NCBI GenBank assembly: GCA_018648985.1 | Contig: JABGOT010000145.1 | Span: 1 to 41,746 of the forward strand | Direction of reading: 5' to 3' | DNA: 41,746 nt | Source of the DNA: Candidatus Ruthturnera sp. | Lineage (GTDB): Bacteria > Pseudomonadota > Gammaproteobacteria > PS1 > Pseudothioglobaceae | Shown here: piece after piece, positions 28,648-38,207 of the stretch | Layout: each line of letters opens with the position of its first letter | Position numbering within the stretch: the stretch's first letter is position 1 | The notes under the pieces: model-generated | Database searches by the model: none | What the model was told of the DNA's origin: nothing | The model's input: only the letters and a program-made list of their open reading frames with translations | Program-made: the position numbers and the translations under genes

Positions 28648-29740
28648 CGAATTAACTCAGATAGACGATTTTACTCAACTGTTTATTGGCGACACACCAC
28701 TGATTGATACTCGTGCGCCGATAGAATTTGACCAGGGTGCTTTTCCATATACAACTAGCTTGCCACTAATGAGTGATAAAGAGCGCGAGTTGGTAGGTAC
28801 TTGTTATAAAAACAAGGGTCAAGAAAAAGCGATTGAACTTGGTCATGAATTAGTTCAAGGAGAAGTTAAACAAGAGCGATTAGATACGTGGCTTGAATTT
28901 ATCAAAAACAACCCAAATGGGGCGCTTTATTGCTTTCGTGGAGGAATGCGTAGCCAAATCACTCAACAGTGGATTTATGAGGCTTCTGGGATTAACTATC
29001 CACGTATCAAAGGTGGATACAAAGCACTACGTCGATTTTTGATTGATGAAACTGATCGAATCATGGGTCAAGTTACTCCGATTGTGATTGGTGGGCAAAC
29101 TGGCTGTGGTAAGACATTATTACTTGATCAGCTTAAAGATACGATTGATCTTGAGGGTTTGGCTAATCATCGTGGCTCTGCCTTTGGCAATACCACCACG
29201 CCACAACCAACGCAAATTAACTTTGAAAACACCTTAGCAATTGAGCTGATTAAAAAACAAGCGAACTCTCGTTTGGTATTTGAAGATGAAGGATCAAACG
29301 TAGGAACAGTACATATCCCGCAATGCGTGCAGGACAAAACATCTCAGACAGAGTTGATCTTGCTTGAAGCCAGTGTTGCTGAACGCCTAGAGGTGAGTAT
29401 GGATGCGTATGTGATCAATATGCAGCAAGATTTCATTACCCAAGATACTACCAATGGTTTTGATAATTTTAGCAATTATTGGCTGAATAGCTTAGAAAAA
29501 ATACAAAGGCGTTTAGGTTTAGAGCGATACAAAAGTCTATTGCAGCTGGTTAATAGTGCGCTTGTAAAATACAAGGAGCAGGGCGACCCTGAAGGTTTTT
29601 ATCCTGTGGTAGAAGAGCTACTAGTGGGTTATTACGACCCGATGTATGATTATCAAATTCAAAAAAAGATGGGTCGAGTTATATTTAAGGGCAATGCTGA
29701 CGAAGTGTTAAGCTACCTTAATGATCGATCAATCGCTTAA
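28640..29740 (+). CDS. selU: tRNA 2-selenouridine synthase (SelU/MnmH/YbbB)
   Basis: Rhodanese domain [16 protein letters not shown]...CFRGGMRS. P-loop GGQTGCGKT. 8-nt overlap with selD. Confidence 0.9.
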   Translation: MSSELTQIDDFTQLFIGDTPLIDTRAPIEFDQGAFPYTTSLPLMSDKERELVGTCYKNKGQEKAIELGHELVQGEVKQERLDTWLEFIKNNPNGALYCFRGGMRSQITQQWIYEASGINYPRIKGGYKALRRFLIDETDRIMGQVTPIVIGGQTGCGKTLLLDQLKDTIDLEGLANHRGSAFGNTTTPQPTQINFENTLAIELIKKQANSRLVFEDEGSNVGTVHIPQCVQDKTSQTELILLEASVAERLEVSMDAYVINMQQDFITQDTTNGFDNFSNYWLNSLEKIQRRLGLERYKSLLQLVNSALVKYKEQGDPEGFYPVVEELLVGYYDPMYDYQIQKKMGRVIFKGNADEVLSYLNDRSIA

Positions 29741-30003
29741 TAATCTCGCACGCCAATTTTAATATCGGTAATCGGTGTGGCACGACAAGCCAAAATCTCC
29801 CCCTGAGACAGTGGCACCAAACAATCTTGATGTATAACATCACCTGACAGCAGCTGTAATACACACGAACCACAATGGCCTTGTCGGCAAGAATAGTTGA
29901 TCACCACGTTGTGTTCTTCGAGCTCGGTTAAGATCGAATGCTCGCCATACACATATAGCGATTCGGTTTTGCCGTTGATGTTATCAACATCGATCTTAAA
30001 CAT
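29737..30003 (-). CDS. yfaE: 2Fe-2S ferredoxin YfaE (RNR diferric-tyrosyl radical maintenance)
   Basis: 88 aa. CRQGHCGSCVLQL plus ILACRA cysteines. Directly downstream of nrdB. Confidence 0.8.
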   Translation of the reverse strand: MFKIDVDNINGKTESLYVYGEHSILTELEEHNVVINYSCRQGHCGSCVLQLLSGDVIHQDCLVPLSQGEILACRATPITDIKIGVRDY

Positions 30004-30013
30004 GGGTTATTGG

Positions 30014-31150
30014 CTATAGTTTAAAGTCGCCAAAATCAGAGTCATCGGCTTCCATATTGTTGTCAATTGCACTGACAAGATAAGAGGTGATTTCAGTTTC
30101 CTGTGGGGCAACTTGTACATTGTCTGAATCTAACCAATGGTTAATCCAAGGTAGTGGGTTGGCACGTTCTTCAAAAATTGGCGTAAGTCCTAATGCACCC
30201 ATACGCACATTAGTAATGTATTCTAAGTACTGCTTTAAAATTTCAGCATTAAGGCCAATCATAGAGCCATCACGGAATAAGTACTCTGCCCATTCTTTTT
30301 CTTGTTGGCAAGCTTCTTTAAACATCTCAATCACTTCACTTTCACACTCTTTGGCAATTTCTTGCATTTCAAGGTCATCTTTACCATCGCGTATTAGGTT
30401 GAGCATATGCTGAGTACCAGTAAGATGCAGCGCCTCATCGCGGGCAATCATCTTAATAATCTTGGCATTTCCTTCCATGACTTTACGCTCAGCAAAGGCA
30501 AATGAACAAGCAAAAGATACGTAGAAACGCACAGCTTCTAAGATGTTTACCGACATAATAGTAAGGTAAAGCTTTCTCTTTAAACAGTGAAGATCAATCG
30601 TAGTCTCTTCACCGTTAAGATCGTGCTTGCCTTCGCCGTGTAGTAAATAAGCTTGTGAGCATTTAATCAATTCATCGTAGTGCTTAGAAACACTTTCAGC
30701 ACGTTGAATGATTTCATCGGTTTTCATAATGTCATCAAACACTGCGCCTGGCTCGTTAACAATAGCTCGGATGATGTGCGTATACGAACGCGAGTGAATG
30801 GTCTCAGAGAAAGACCAAGTTTCAATCCAATTTTCTAACTCTGGCAAAGATACAATCGGTAAAAAAGCAATATTTGGGCTACGACCTTGTACTGAATCTA
30901 ACAAGATTTGGTATTGAAGGTTAGAGATAAAAATATGCTTTTCATTGGGCAGGAGCTTGGCGAAATCCATTTTATCTTTAGAGACATCAATCTCTTCGGG
31001 GCGCCAAAAGAAAGACAGTTGTTTTTCAGTAAGCTTTTCAAACATCTCAAACTTCTGTTTGTCGAATCGGGCAACATTGACCGAGTCGCCAAAAAACATC
31101 GGCTGAGTTAATGTGTCGCTAACAGTTTTATTAAAAATACTATATGACAT
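30014..31150 (-). CDS. nrdB: class Ia ribonucleotide reductase beta subunit
   Basis: [37 protein letters not shown] diiron ligand motifs. Start taken at MSYSIFN (ATG 31150), 10 nt after the nrdA stop; the longer track ORF would overlap nrdA. Confidence 0.95.
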   Translation of the reverse strand: MSYSIFNKTVSDTLTQPMFFGDSVNVARFDKQKFEMFEKLTEKQLSFFWRPEEIDVSKDKMDFAKLLPNEKHIFISNLQYQILLDSVQGRSPNIAFLPIVSLPELENWIETWSFSETIHSRSYTHIIRAIVNEPGAVFDDIMKTDEIIQRAESVSKHYDELIKCSQAYLLHGEGKHDLNGEETTIDLHCLKRKLYLTIMSVNILEAVRFYVSFACSFAFAERKVMEGNAKIIKMIARDEALHLTGTQHMLNLIRDGKDDLEMQEIAKECESEVIEMFKEACQQEKEWAEYLFRDGSMIGLNAEILKQYLEYITNVRMGALGLTPIFEERANPLPWINHWLDSDNVQVAPQETEITSYLVSAIDNNMEADDSDFGDFKL

Positions 31151-31160
31151 AATCCCCCCC

Positions 31161-33437
31161 TTAAAGTTTACAAACGCCATCAGCACAGGCGTTATCATCT
31201 TCTTTTTCAATAGCACCTTCACCGCCACCATCACGTGTGGTGTGGTAATAAAGCGTTTTAACACCGTATTTATAAGCCTTTAATAGATCCATCAAGAATA
31301 ACTTCATCGGTACTTTATTGCCATCATATTGAGATGGGTCGTAATGTGTATTGGTAGAAATTGATTGGTCAACAAACTTTTGCATAATCGCACAAAGCTG
31401 CAAGTAACCTTCATTGTCTTTGATATCCCAAAGCAGTTCATATTGGTTTTTTAAAGCTTCGTACTCAGGCACAATTTGCTTCAAGATACCGTCTTTAGAT
31501 TGCTTGATCGAAACAAAACCTCGAGGTGGCTCAATACCATTGGTAGAGTTAGAGATTTGAGATGAACTCTCACATGGCATGAGTGCTGTTAGGGTTGAGT
31601 TTCTAAGACCAGTAGCTTTAATGTCTTGGCGTAATTTATCCCAATCCAGCTCTAATGCGTTACTGCAAAATGCATCAACATCTTTTTTATAAGTGTCAAT
31701 CGGCATTTGTCCTTGTGCGTATTTGGTTTCACCGAATGATGGGCATGCACCCAGCTCACCAGCCAATATGTTAGAAGCTTTAAGAGAATAGTATTGTAAG
31801 GCTTCAAAGGTTTTGTGAACGAGCTCGTTACCTGATCCATCCGAATATTTAGCACCGTTTTTAGCCAGGTAATAAGCCAGGTTAGTAACACCAATACCAA
31901 GTGTACGACGGTTCATACTGGCTAGCTCTGCCGCTCTGATTGGGTAGTCTTGATAATCAAGCAATGAATCTAACGCACGAACAATAATCTCAGTAATGTC
32001 TTCTAGCTCATCTAAGCTATCAAGTGCACCTAGGTTAACCGCTGAAAGCGTACACAAGGCCACTTCGCCATTTTCATCTTGTACAGAATACAACGGCTTG
32101 GTTGGTAGGGTGATTTCCATACACAAGTTAGATTGGCGTACTGGCGCCACGCTTGGGTCAAATGCACCATGGGTGTTGCAGTGATCAACATTTTGTAAAT
32201 AGATACGCCCAGTGTTAGCACGCTCTTGCATAAACTTAGCAAAGAGCTCTCTGGCCTTAATGGTTTCTTTACGAATCGAATCATCTTGTTCGTATTGCTC
32301 GTACAAACGATTAAACTCTTCTTGATCTTCAAAAAAAGAATCATACAAGCCCGGCACATCATGTGGAGAGAATAAAGTGATATCACCATCTGCTAAAAAG
32401 CGTTGGTACATCAGGCCGTTAAACTGCACACCGTAGTCTAGGTGGCGAACACGGTTTTCATCTGTACCGGCGTTGTTTTTAAGCACTAACAGCTCTTTTA
32501 CTTCTAAATGCCACAATGGGTAGAAGAGGGTAGCTGCACCACCGCGCACACCGCCTTGAGAGCAAGACTTAACCGCTGTATGAAAATGCTTGTAAAAAGG
32601 AATACAACCTGTGTGTGTTGCCTCACCGCCACGAATAGGGCTGCCAATAGCGCGAATCCTACCGGCATTAACACCAATACCAGCACGCTGAGACACATAC
32701 TTAACAATAGCACCTGCTGCTGCACTAATTGAATCAAGATCATCAGCTGCTTCAATCAATACACATGAGGAGAATTGACGAGTTGGTGTGCGCACACCCG
32801 CCATAATCGGTGTTGGCAGCGATATCTTAAACAAAGACACCGCATCATAAAAACGTTTAACAATATCCATACGCGCTTTAGGCTCGTACTCTTGAAACAA
32901 ACACATACCAACCAATACGTATAGCAATTGTGGTGATTCGTAAATATCGCCAGTCACACGATTTTGCACTAGGTATTTACCTTCGAGTTGCTTCACCGCT
33001 GCATAAGAGAATTTCATATCGCGCCAATGATCGATATATTCATCCAATTCGTTGATTTCTTCCTCGGAGTATTTAGCAAGAATATCGGTATCGTAAATAC
33101 CTAAATCGGTAAATTTTTTAACATGCGCATATAGGTGTGGCGGAGTGAAAGATTTAAAGGCTTTTTTACGTAAATGGAAGATTGCCAAACGCGCTGCTAA
33201 ATATTGATAATCGGGTGAATCTGTAGAGATTAAATCAGCCGCTGATTTAATAATGGTTTCATGGATATCTTCAGTCCTAATACCATCGAAAAAAGCCAGC
33301 TGCGCATTAATCTCAACTTGGGAAACACTGACCCCGTCTAAGTCCTGAGAAGCCCAGTGAACCACACGATGAATTTTCTCCATATCGATGGGCTCTTTTA
33401 TGCCATTTCGTTTGGTGACTTGAATGTGTTCGTTCAT
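31161..33437 (-). CDS. nrdA: class Ia ribonucleotide reductase alpha subunit
   Basis: N-terminal ATP-cone ([19 protein letters not shown]). Active-site NLCMEI. C-terminal redox Cys pair [11 protein letters not shown] 33437 preceded by GGGGGAG Shine-Dalgarno; the track TTG at 33449 lies inside the SD. Confidence 0.95.
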   Translation of the reverse strand: MNEHIQVTKRNGIKEPIDMEKIHRVVHWASQDLDGVSVSQVEINAQLAFFDGIRTEDIHETIIKSAADLISTDSPDYQYLAARLAIFHLRKKAFKSFTPPHLYAHVKKFTDLGIYDTDILAKYSEEEINELDEYIDHWRDMKFSYAAVKQLEGKYLVQNRVTGDIYESPQLLYVLVGMCLFQEYEPKARMDIVKRFYDAVSLFKISLPTPIMAGVRTPTRQFSSCVLIEAADDLDSISAAAGAIVKYVSQRAGIGVNAGRIRAIGSPIRGGEATHTGCIPFYKHFHTAVKSCSQGGVRGGAATLFYPLWHLEVKELLVLKNNAGTDENRVRHLDYGVQFNGLMYQRFLADGDITLFSPHDVPGLYDSFFEDQEEFNRLYEQYEQDDSIRKETIKARELFAKFMQERANTGRIYLQNVDHCNTHGAFDPSVAPVRQSNLCMEITLPTKPLYSVQDENGEVALCTLSAVNLGALDSLDELEDITEIIVRALDSLLDYQDYPIRAAELASMNRRTLGIGVTNLAYYLAKNGAKYSDGSGNELVHKTFEALQYYSLKASNILAGELGACPSFGETKYAQGQMPIDTYKKDVDAFCSNALELDWDKLRQDIKATGLRNSTLTALMPCESSSQISNSTNGIEPPRGFVSIKQSKDGILKQIVPEYEALKNQYELLWDIKDNEGYLQLCAIMQKFVDQSISTNTHYDPSQYDGNKVPMKLFLMDLLKAYKYGVKTLYYHTTRDGGGEGAIEKEDDNACADGVCKL

Positions 33438-33456
33438 TTTCTCCCCCAATAGAGAA

Positions 33457-33472
33457 ACACTACATATAGTGT
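33457..33472 (-). promoter_or_regulatory. NrdR box 1 (proximal)
   Basis: ACACTACATATAGTGT matches the 16-bp NrdR palindrome consensus acaCwAtATaTwGtgt at 15/16 positions. Lies between the promoter -10 and the nrdA start. Confidence 0.75.
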
Positions 33473-33487
33473 TATTAGATTTAACTG

Positions 33488-33503
33488 CAACTAAATATAG
33501 TGT
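33488..33503 (-). promoter_or_regulatory. NrdR box 2 (distal, overlaps -10)
   Basis: The minus strand reads ACACTATATTTAGTTG (13/16 to consensus). Start-to-start spacing to box 1 is 31 bp, about three helical turns, the typical tandem arrangement. Confidence 0.65.
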
Positions 33504-33522
33504 ATTTGAGATTATTTTGCAA
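33494..33522 (-). promoter_or_regulatory. sigma70-type nrdAB promoter
   Basis: The minus strand reads TTGCAA (33522-33517), a 17-nt spacer, then TATATT (33499-33494). Confidence 0.6.
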
Positions 33523-33759
33523 GTGGGTTTTCTGTCATTTTTACTACAAAATCGCCGAATGTTTTGCCACTAAAGGGATAGCGAGATTGAAAATAAATTA
33601 AAATAAATTTGAACGATTTTTAGCAAAAAATATCACTATTTTATGATGTCATAATATTACTTTTTGGTAATAAAAAGTGCAAAGCCTTATGGGTCAATAG
33701 GTGTGAAAAATGATGGCAATAAAATCAACCAAAAAGATCGAAAATTTGACCAATTTTTA

Positions 33760-34779
33760 CTAAATTGGAGAAGCGATAAGTCGAGCCTCATTCAGGCCAT
33801 TTTCAAGCAATAATTCACCTAAATAAATCAACACTTCAGCCGGTGCACAAAGATACAAATCAGACTGATTAATGATGTTTAAATCTAGTGCATCAAAAAT
33901 CTGTTTTGCCACCTTATGGCAATCATTTTTACTAGACCTGTCAAACTCACAAGCAATCGGTATGTAAGTATAGTTATCCATAATCGCTTGCCAAGATTTC
34001 GCATGGTTATCTAAATAAGGCACCTGCTCATCAGCAGGGTAGGCCCAATAGAAATTTACCGGGTTGGGCATTTCTAGTGAAAAGGCATGCTCTACTAGGC
34101 TTCTGATTGGTGCAAATCCACTATCCCAGGCAATGAATGTCATTGGGCGTTTAGAGGTTTCTTTAAGTACAAAGATGCCTTTAGGGCCTTCTAAATCAAT
34201 GACTGACTTAGATTTAATCTTCTTAGTAAATAGGGAAGTGGCAAAAGCATCTTCAGGCATGTTTCTAATATGAAACTCTAGCTCCATGCCGTGACAAGGA
34301 CAAGAAGCTAATGGGTAACGAGAGGTTTTTCCTTTAAAAGATAACTCAACATCTTGACCTGCCATAAACTGCAAAGTTTTAGAGCGTGGCGTTCTGAGTG
34401 TAATAATAGCTAAATCATCATTAACAAAGCTAACTTTTTTAACTTTGGTCTCAATGTTTTGAATGGGGATTGATTTAACATCGCCAATAAGATCAATCTT
34501 AAGATTAAGGTCTGAAGCGGGTGCGTTGCAGCACATTAAAAACTCACCTTGGTTTTTTTGCTCATCACTCAAGGAAAAATCATGATGTTTTATTTGTTTA
34601 ATATCACCATCAATCAACTTAGCCACGCACGCACCACAGGTGCCATTACTACACTCATAGCGCATTGCCAAACCATATCTTAAACCACCTTCAAGAACTG
34701 AGTCGTTTTCTGAGCATTCAAAATTCCGCTTATTGTTCTTAAGTTGAATATTAAAGATCTGATTAGACATGCTTGTCAT
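33760..34779 (-). CDS. [2Fe-2S] ferredoxin / ferredoxin-NAD(P) reductase-like fusion oxidoreductase
   Basis: N-terminal plant-type cluster motif CSNGTCGAC plus a later Cys pair (FLMCCNA). Followed by an FNR-like beta-barrel and Rossmann-like half. ATG at 34779 or 34770 is preferred over the track TTG at 34800. Confidence 0.7.
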   Translation of the reverse strand: MTSMSNQIFNIQLKNNKRNFECSENDSVLEGGLRYGLAMRYECSNGTCGACVAKLIDGDIKQIKHHDFSLSDEQKNQGEFLMCCNAPASDLNLKIDLIGDVKSIPIQNIETKVKKVSFVNDDLAIITLRTPRSKTLQFMAGQDVELSFKGKTSRYPLASCPCHGMELEFHIRNMPEDAFATSLFTKKIKSKSVIDLEGPKGIFVLKETSKRPMTFIAWDSGFAPIRSLVEHAFSLEMPNPVNFYWAYPADEQVPYLDNHAKSWQAIMDNYTYIPIACEFDRSSKNDCHKVAKQIFDALDLNIINQSDLYLCAPAEVLIYLGELLLENGLNEARLIASPI

Positions 34780-34835
34780 TATAAAGAGTAAGCCGTACAA
34801 TGATAACCAAACAAAGCAAGATAAGGTGTTAATAG

Positions 34836-35321
34836 ATGGCCAAATTCAAAGTATTACTGTTATTACTAATAAGTAGCACTGTTGCGGCTAATTACACGCA
34901 TCCTAGTGTTAGCCACCTCATACAGGCTGATAATAACCCTGATGGCGTTGTATTTGAGCTGATTGAGAGCGATAAACGCACTTGGGAGTGGGCCGCACCT
35001 ATGATTAAAGACTTAAAAGATCAGTTAAAAGAAAAATACCCAGAAATTGAGATTGCCGTGGTATCCCATGGTCGTGAGCAATTTCAGTTAACCAAGAAGC
35101 GTGCTAATCGCCAAAAAGTAGCAATATCGATACTGGAAGACCTGGTGCGCAAAGAAGATGTAAGTTTACATGTGTGCGGCACACACTCATCATGGTACGA
35201 CATACCGGAAAGTAGTTATATTGATATTGTCGATGTAGCAGTGAGTGGGCCGGCTAAGATTAATGATTATATTAATTTAGGTTATCAGCCAATCCAATTG
35301 TATAAAAAATCAGACAAGTGA
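34836..35321 (+). CDS. secreted DsrE/DsrF-like family protein (COG1416-like)
   Basis: Signal peptide MAKFKVLLLLLISSTVAA. GVVFELIE, EIAVVSHGREQFQL, LHVCGTHSS, VSGPAKINDYINLGYQPI fit the DsrE-like fold pattern from memory. Confidence 0.55.
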   Translation: MAKFKVLLLLLISSTVAANYTHPSVSHLIQADNNPDGVVFELIESDKRTWEWAAPMIKDLKDQLKEKYPEIEIAVVSHGREQFQLTKKRANRQKVAISILEDLVRKEDVSLHVCGTHSSWYDIPESSYIDIVDVAVSGPAKINDYINLGYQPIQLYKKSDK

Positions 35322-35397
35322 AGTAGGGCTGTTGATTTTCCTTTTGATTTTAACTTTTAAAACTATAATTTAACATAATATAAATTATGCGAAGTTA

Positions 35398-36372
35398 TTA
35401 GAGTTGTTTGGCAATAATGCTTGAGAGCGCTTGTATGTGATCATCACGGTCGTTTAATGCGGGAATATAACTAAAGTCTTTACCGCCAGCCTCCATGAAA
35501 TAACCTCTATTCTCTTCATCGATCTCTTCTAGTGTTTCTAAACAATCAACAGAAAAACCGGGGCAGATTACTTGCACGTGCCCAACACCATCTTTTGCTA
35601 AAGATTCTAAGCTGCTTTTGGTTTGTGGCTTAAGCCACTCCTCACGGCCAAAGATCGACTGAAAGCATAACTGATGCTCATCTGCCTGTAAATTAAGCGC
35701 TTTAGCAAGTAATCGAGTCGTATTAACACAGTGATCGTAATAAACATCACCATTATCAACAAAACGCTGTGGAATGCCGTGAAACGAGATCATTAGCTTA
35801 TCTGGCTTACCATGTAGCATTTGGTGCTCAGTCACTGAATTAACCAAAGATTGAATATAACCGTCATCTTGGTAGTAATCATTAATAAAGGTCAACTCTG
35901 GTGTGTTTTCCCAAGTGTTAAGCGATTTATTAATTTCATCAAGAGTTGAAAGGCTTGTTGTTTCTGAAAATTGAGGGTACATCGGTAAGGCAATAATTTT
36001 GTCGCAACCTTTGATTTTTAGGTTTTGTAACGCCAAAGGGATCGATGGATTGCCATAACGCATACCAACTTCAAATTCCAAATCATCATATTGATTTAAC
36101 AGTGTTTTTTTAATGCCTTTAAGTTGTAAATTACTGATGTTTAATAGCGGTGAGCCTTTACCAAACTTATCCCAAATTTTGGCGTAATTTTGGGCAGATT
36201 TTGCAGGGCGAATATTAAGAATCACCACATTCAAAGCCAACCACCAGATAAGTTTATTAGGTGCTTGAATCACTCGATCATCTGAGAGAAATTGCTTTAA
36301 ATATCGCTTTAAAGCAGGCTTTGTAGGCGCATCAGGCGTTCCAAGATTAGTGAGTAAAATACCAGTTTTCAT
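35398..36372 (-). CDS. hemH: ferrochelatase
   Basis: GILLTNLGTPDAPT, MRYGNPS, SFHGIPQR, CPGFSVDCLETLEEI motifs. 324 aa. Confidence 0.93.
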   Translation of the reverse strand: MKTGILLTNLGTPDAPTKPALKRYLKQFLSDDRVIQAPNKLIWWLALNVVILNIRPAKSAQNYAKIWDKFGKGSPLLNISNLQLKGIKKTLLNQYDDLEFEVGMRYGNPSIPLALQNLKIKGCDKIIALPMYPQFSETTSLSTLDEINKSLNTWENTPELTFINDYYQDDGYIQSLVNSVTEHQMLHGKPDKLMISFHGIPQRFVDNGDVYYDHCVNTTRLLAKALNLQADEHQLCFQSIFGREEWLKPQTKSSLESLAKDGVGHVQVICPGFSVDCLETLEEIDEENRGYFMEAGGKDFSYIPALNDRDDHIQALSSIIAKQL

Positions 36373-36722
36373 TAAAATTTTTCTAAGTTTTGGTCAATAA
36401 AATCACGTACAAAATCATGGGTTTGTGCAGAATGGAAACGATCCACTTCTTCGCCATCAATAAAGGCAATAACGGTTGGAAAACCCCGCACTGAAAACTG
36501 CCCAGCAATCTTCATATTTTCATCTTCTGCTTCAAGCTTTGTTAATGAAAATTCACCCTCATTATACTCTGCTGCCACACTATTTAAGATGGGCTCTAAA
36601 ATCTTACATGGGCCACACCAATCGGCTGAAATATCCAAAATAACCAGTTGAGTATGTGATGACTCAATCACCAGGGTTTGGAAAGTCTCGATCGAGACCT
36701 CAACAGAAGTAACGCTAGCCAT
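36372..36722 (-). CDS. thioredoxin
   Basis: WCGPCK active site, GFPTVIAF. 116 aa. Stop overlaps the hemH start (TAATG). Confidence 0.85.
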   Translation of the reverse strand: MASVTSVEVSIETFQTLVIESSHTQLVILDISADWCGPCKILEPILNSVAAEYNEGEFSLTKLEAEDENMKIAGQFSVRGFPTVIAFIDGEEVDRFHSAQTHDFVRDFIDQNLEKF

Positions 36723-36731
36723 AAATATTGA

Positions 36732-37385
36732 TTAATATGAGCGACTAATGGTATTGAAGCTGTCGCGTTTTTTCTGAGCTGATCGAGCAATAACAACACT
36801 GGTAATAACACCAATAATTAAGCCCAATATAAATATAAATAAAGTGTTAATATTGTTGTCTGTATCGACAGAGTCAAGCTGTGATTGTAAGTCATTATTA
36901 TAAGTAGAAAGCTCGTTATTTTTCTGCTCAAGCGAGTCAAAATCAGCAGTAGTTTTATTGGTTGATTCGGCGTTAAGAACTTTAATATCAACGATTTCAG
37001 AAGATAAGTTTTTATTTTTTAGTTGTGACTTTTCTAAAGATTCTTTAAGGTTGTTAATTTGTTTAATGTACTTAGAATTATCGCTTTTAACACCAGATTT
37101 AGCCACTATATTGCGGGTATTTTCTGGCATTGTTTTGGTTAAATGGCTTGACAAAACCCAGCCATTTAAACCCTTCAAATCTACCTTTGACCAGCCAGAA
37201 TAATGCATAGTTAATCTTTGTAATCTTGTATCTTTAACAAGCACTTTCAGCACTTTAGAATTAGATGATTTGTCTGATCTTAAAGCAGTGTCATCTTGAA
37301 CTGTGTAAACACTAGAAGCAGAAAACACGCCAAAAGACAGAAATAAAAGCGCAACAGATAAAGTAGATAAGGTGATTTTTTTCAT
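36732..37385 (-). CDS. SH3-domain membrane-anchored protein (YgiM/TIGR04211-like)
   Basis: Signal peptide. Bacterial SH3-like region (LRSDKSSNSKVLKVLVKDTRLQ...SGWSKVDLKGLNGWVLSSHL). Coiled-coil middle and a C-terminal TM anchor (LFIFILGLIIGVITSVVIA). Confidence 0.7.
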   Translation of the reverse strand: MKKITLSTLSVALLFLSFGVFSASSVYTVQDDTALRSDKSSNSKVLKVLVKDTRLQRLTMHYSGWSKVDLKGLNGWVLSSHLTKTMPENTRNIVAKSGVKSDNSKYIKQINNLKESLEKSQLKNKNLSSEIVDIKVLNAESTNKTTADFDSLEQKNNELSTYNNDLQSQLDSVDTDNNINTLFIFILGLIIGVITSVVIARSAQKKRDSFNTISRSY

Positions 37386-37647
37386 ACTGATTAATTTTGT
37401 AAAATTTACACTATAGTATAAGCAAAAATAGGCGTAAAAACCTAAAATTAATGAAAAATACTATAAAAATCATTAAAAATCAATGACTTATATATTTTAT
37501 TTCGGTTTTATTTTATTTAAACGATTAAGGTATGTGGTTAGTCACGATATTACTTTTTCAAGAAAGTGGCTTAAATCGAATATTTGAAACTAATTAACAA
37601 AAATAGGGTGGGATACTGTCTTTTTTGAATCGCAAACGCCACAAAAA

Positions 37648-38103
37648 CTAATTGCTGCTTTTTTTGCTGACGAACTTCCCAGTTAGGCGATATTTTAATT
37701 TTGGACTGGTTGACCATTTTTCTTTCCCATCTTTAAGAATGGGTGGAATCGTTAACTCAAAAAAACCATAATCAACTAATGGCTTTAAAATTGTTTGCTT
37801 GAATTTTGACTTGTTAGTCCTTTTTAGGATTTTTATAAGATCAGCGGCTGTGTTTTCAACTGCACAACTCTTTAGAATTTTGACTTGGTCCTGGGTTATT
37901 TTGTCGACGTTTATACTTGGTCCCTTCTTAATCCCTGATGTATCTTTTGGCCTTTTATTATCAGTGTTTTCGTCGAATTCAAAGCCTTGTTGGGATGACC
38001 CTGTTTTGTTAATAGTATTGCGCTTAAGGTCTGAGTTCCATTTTGAATTTTGCTCGCCTTTCTCATGCTCTACGTTCTTTTTGCGTCGACCAAACAGATT
38101 CAT
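37648..38103 (-). CDS. hypothetical basic protein; disordered N-half, possible winged-helix C-half
   Basis: 151 aa ORF isolated by 262-bp and 104-bp AT-rich spacers. C-terminal ILKSCAVENTAADLIKIL...FKQTILKPLVDYGFFELTIPP...SPKLKYRLTGK loosely resembles the wHTH tail seen on Fic/AlbA_2-type proteins (from memory, weak). Confidence 0.4.
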   Translation of the reverse strand: MNLFGRRKKNVEHEKGEQNSKWNSDLKRNTINKTGSSQQGFEFDENTDNKRPKDTSGIKKGPSINVDKITQDQVKILKSCAVENTAADLIKILKRTNKSKFKQTILKPLVDYGFFELTIPPILKDGKEKWSTSPKLKYRLTGKFVSKKSSN

Positions 38104-38207
38104 AATGATTTAAATTTAAGCTTGTTTTTATGTGATACCGGTCAAAAAACTTAATTTTTAACCAAATTATTTAGAAAAACCTATGTCTTGGATAACAATA
38201 TAACAGA

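Noticed and set aside
31151-31264. N-terminal 38-codon extension of nrdB in the ORF track, which would overlap the nrdA 3' end
   Set aside because: NrdB homology begins at MSYSIFN (ATG 31150). The extension overlaps the conserved NrdA C-terminal Cys pair region in another frame.
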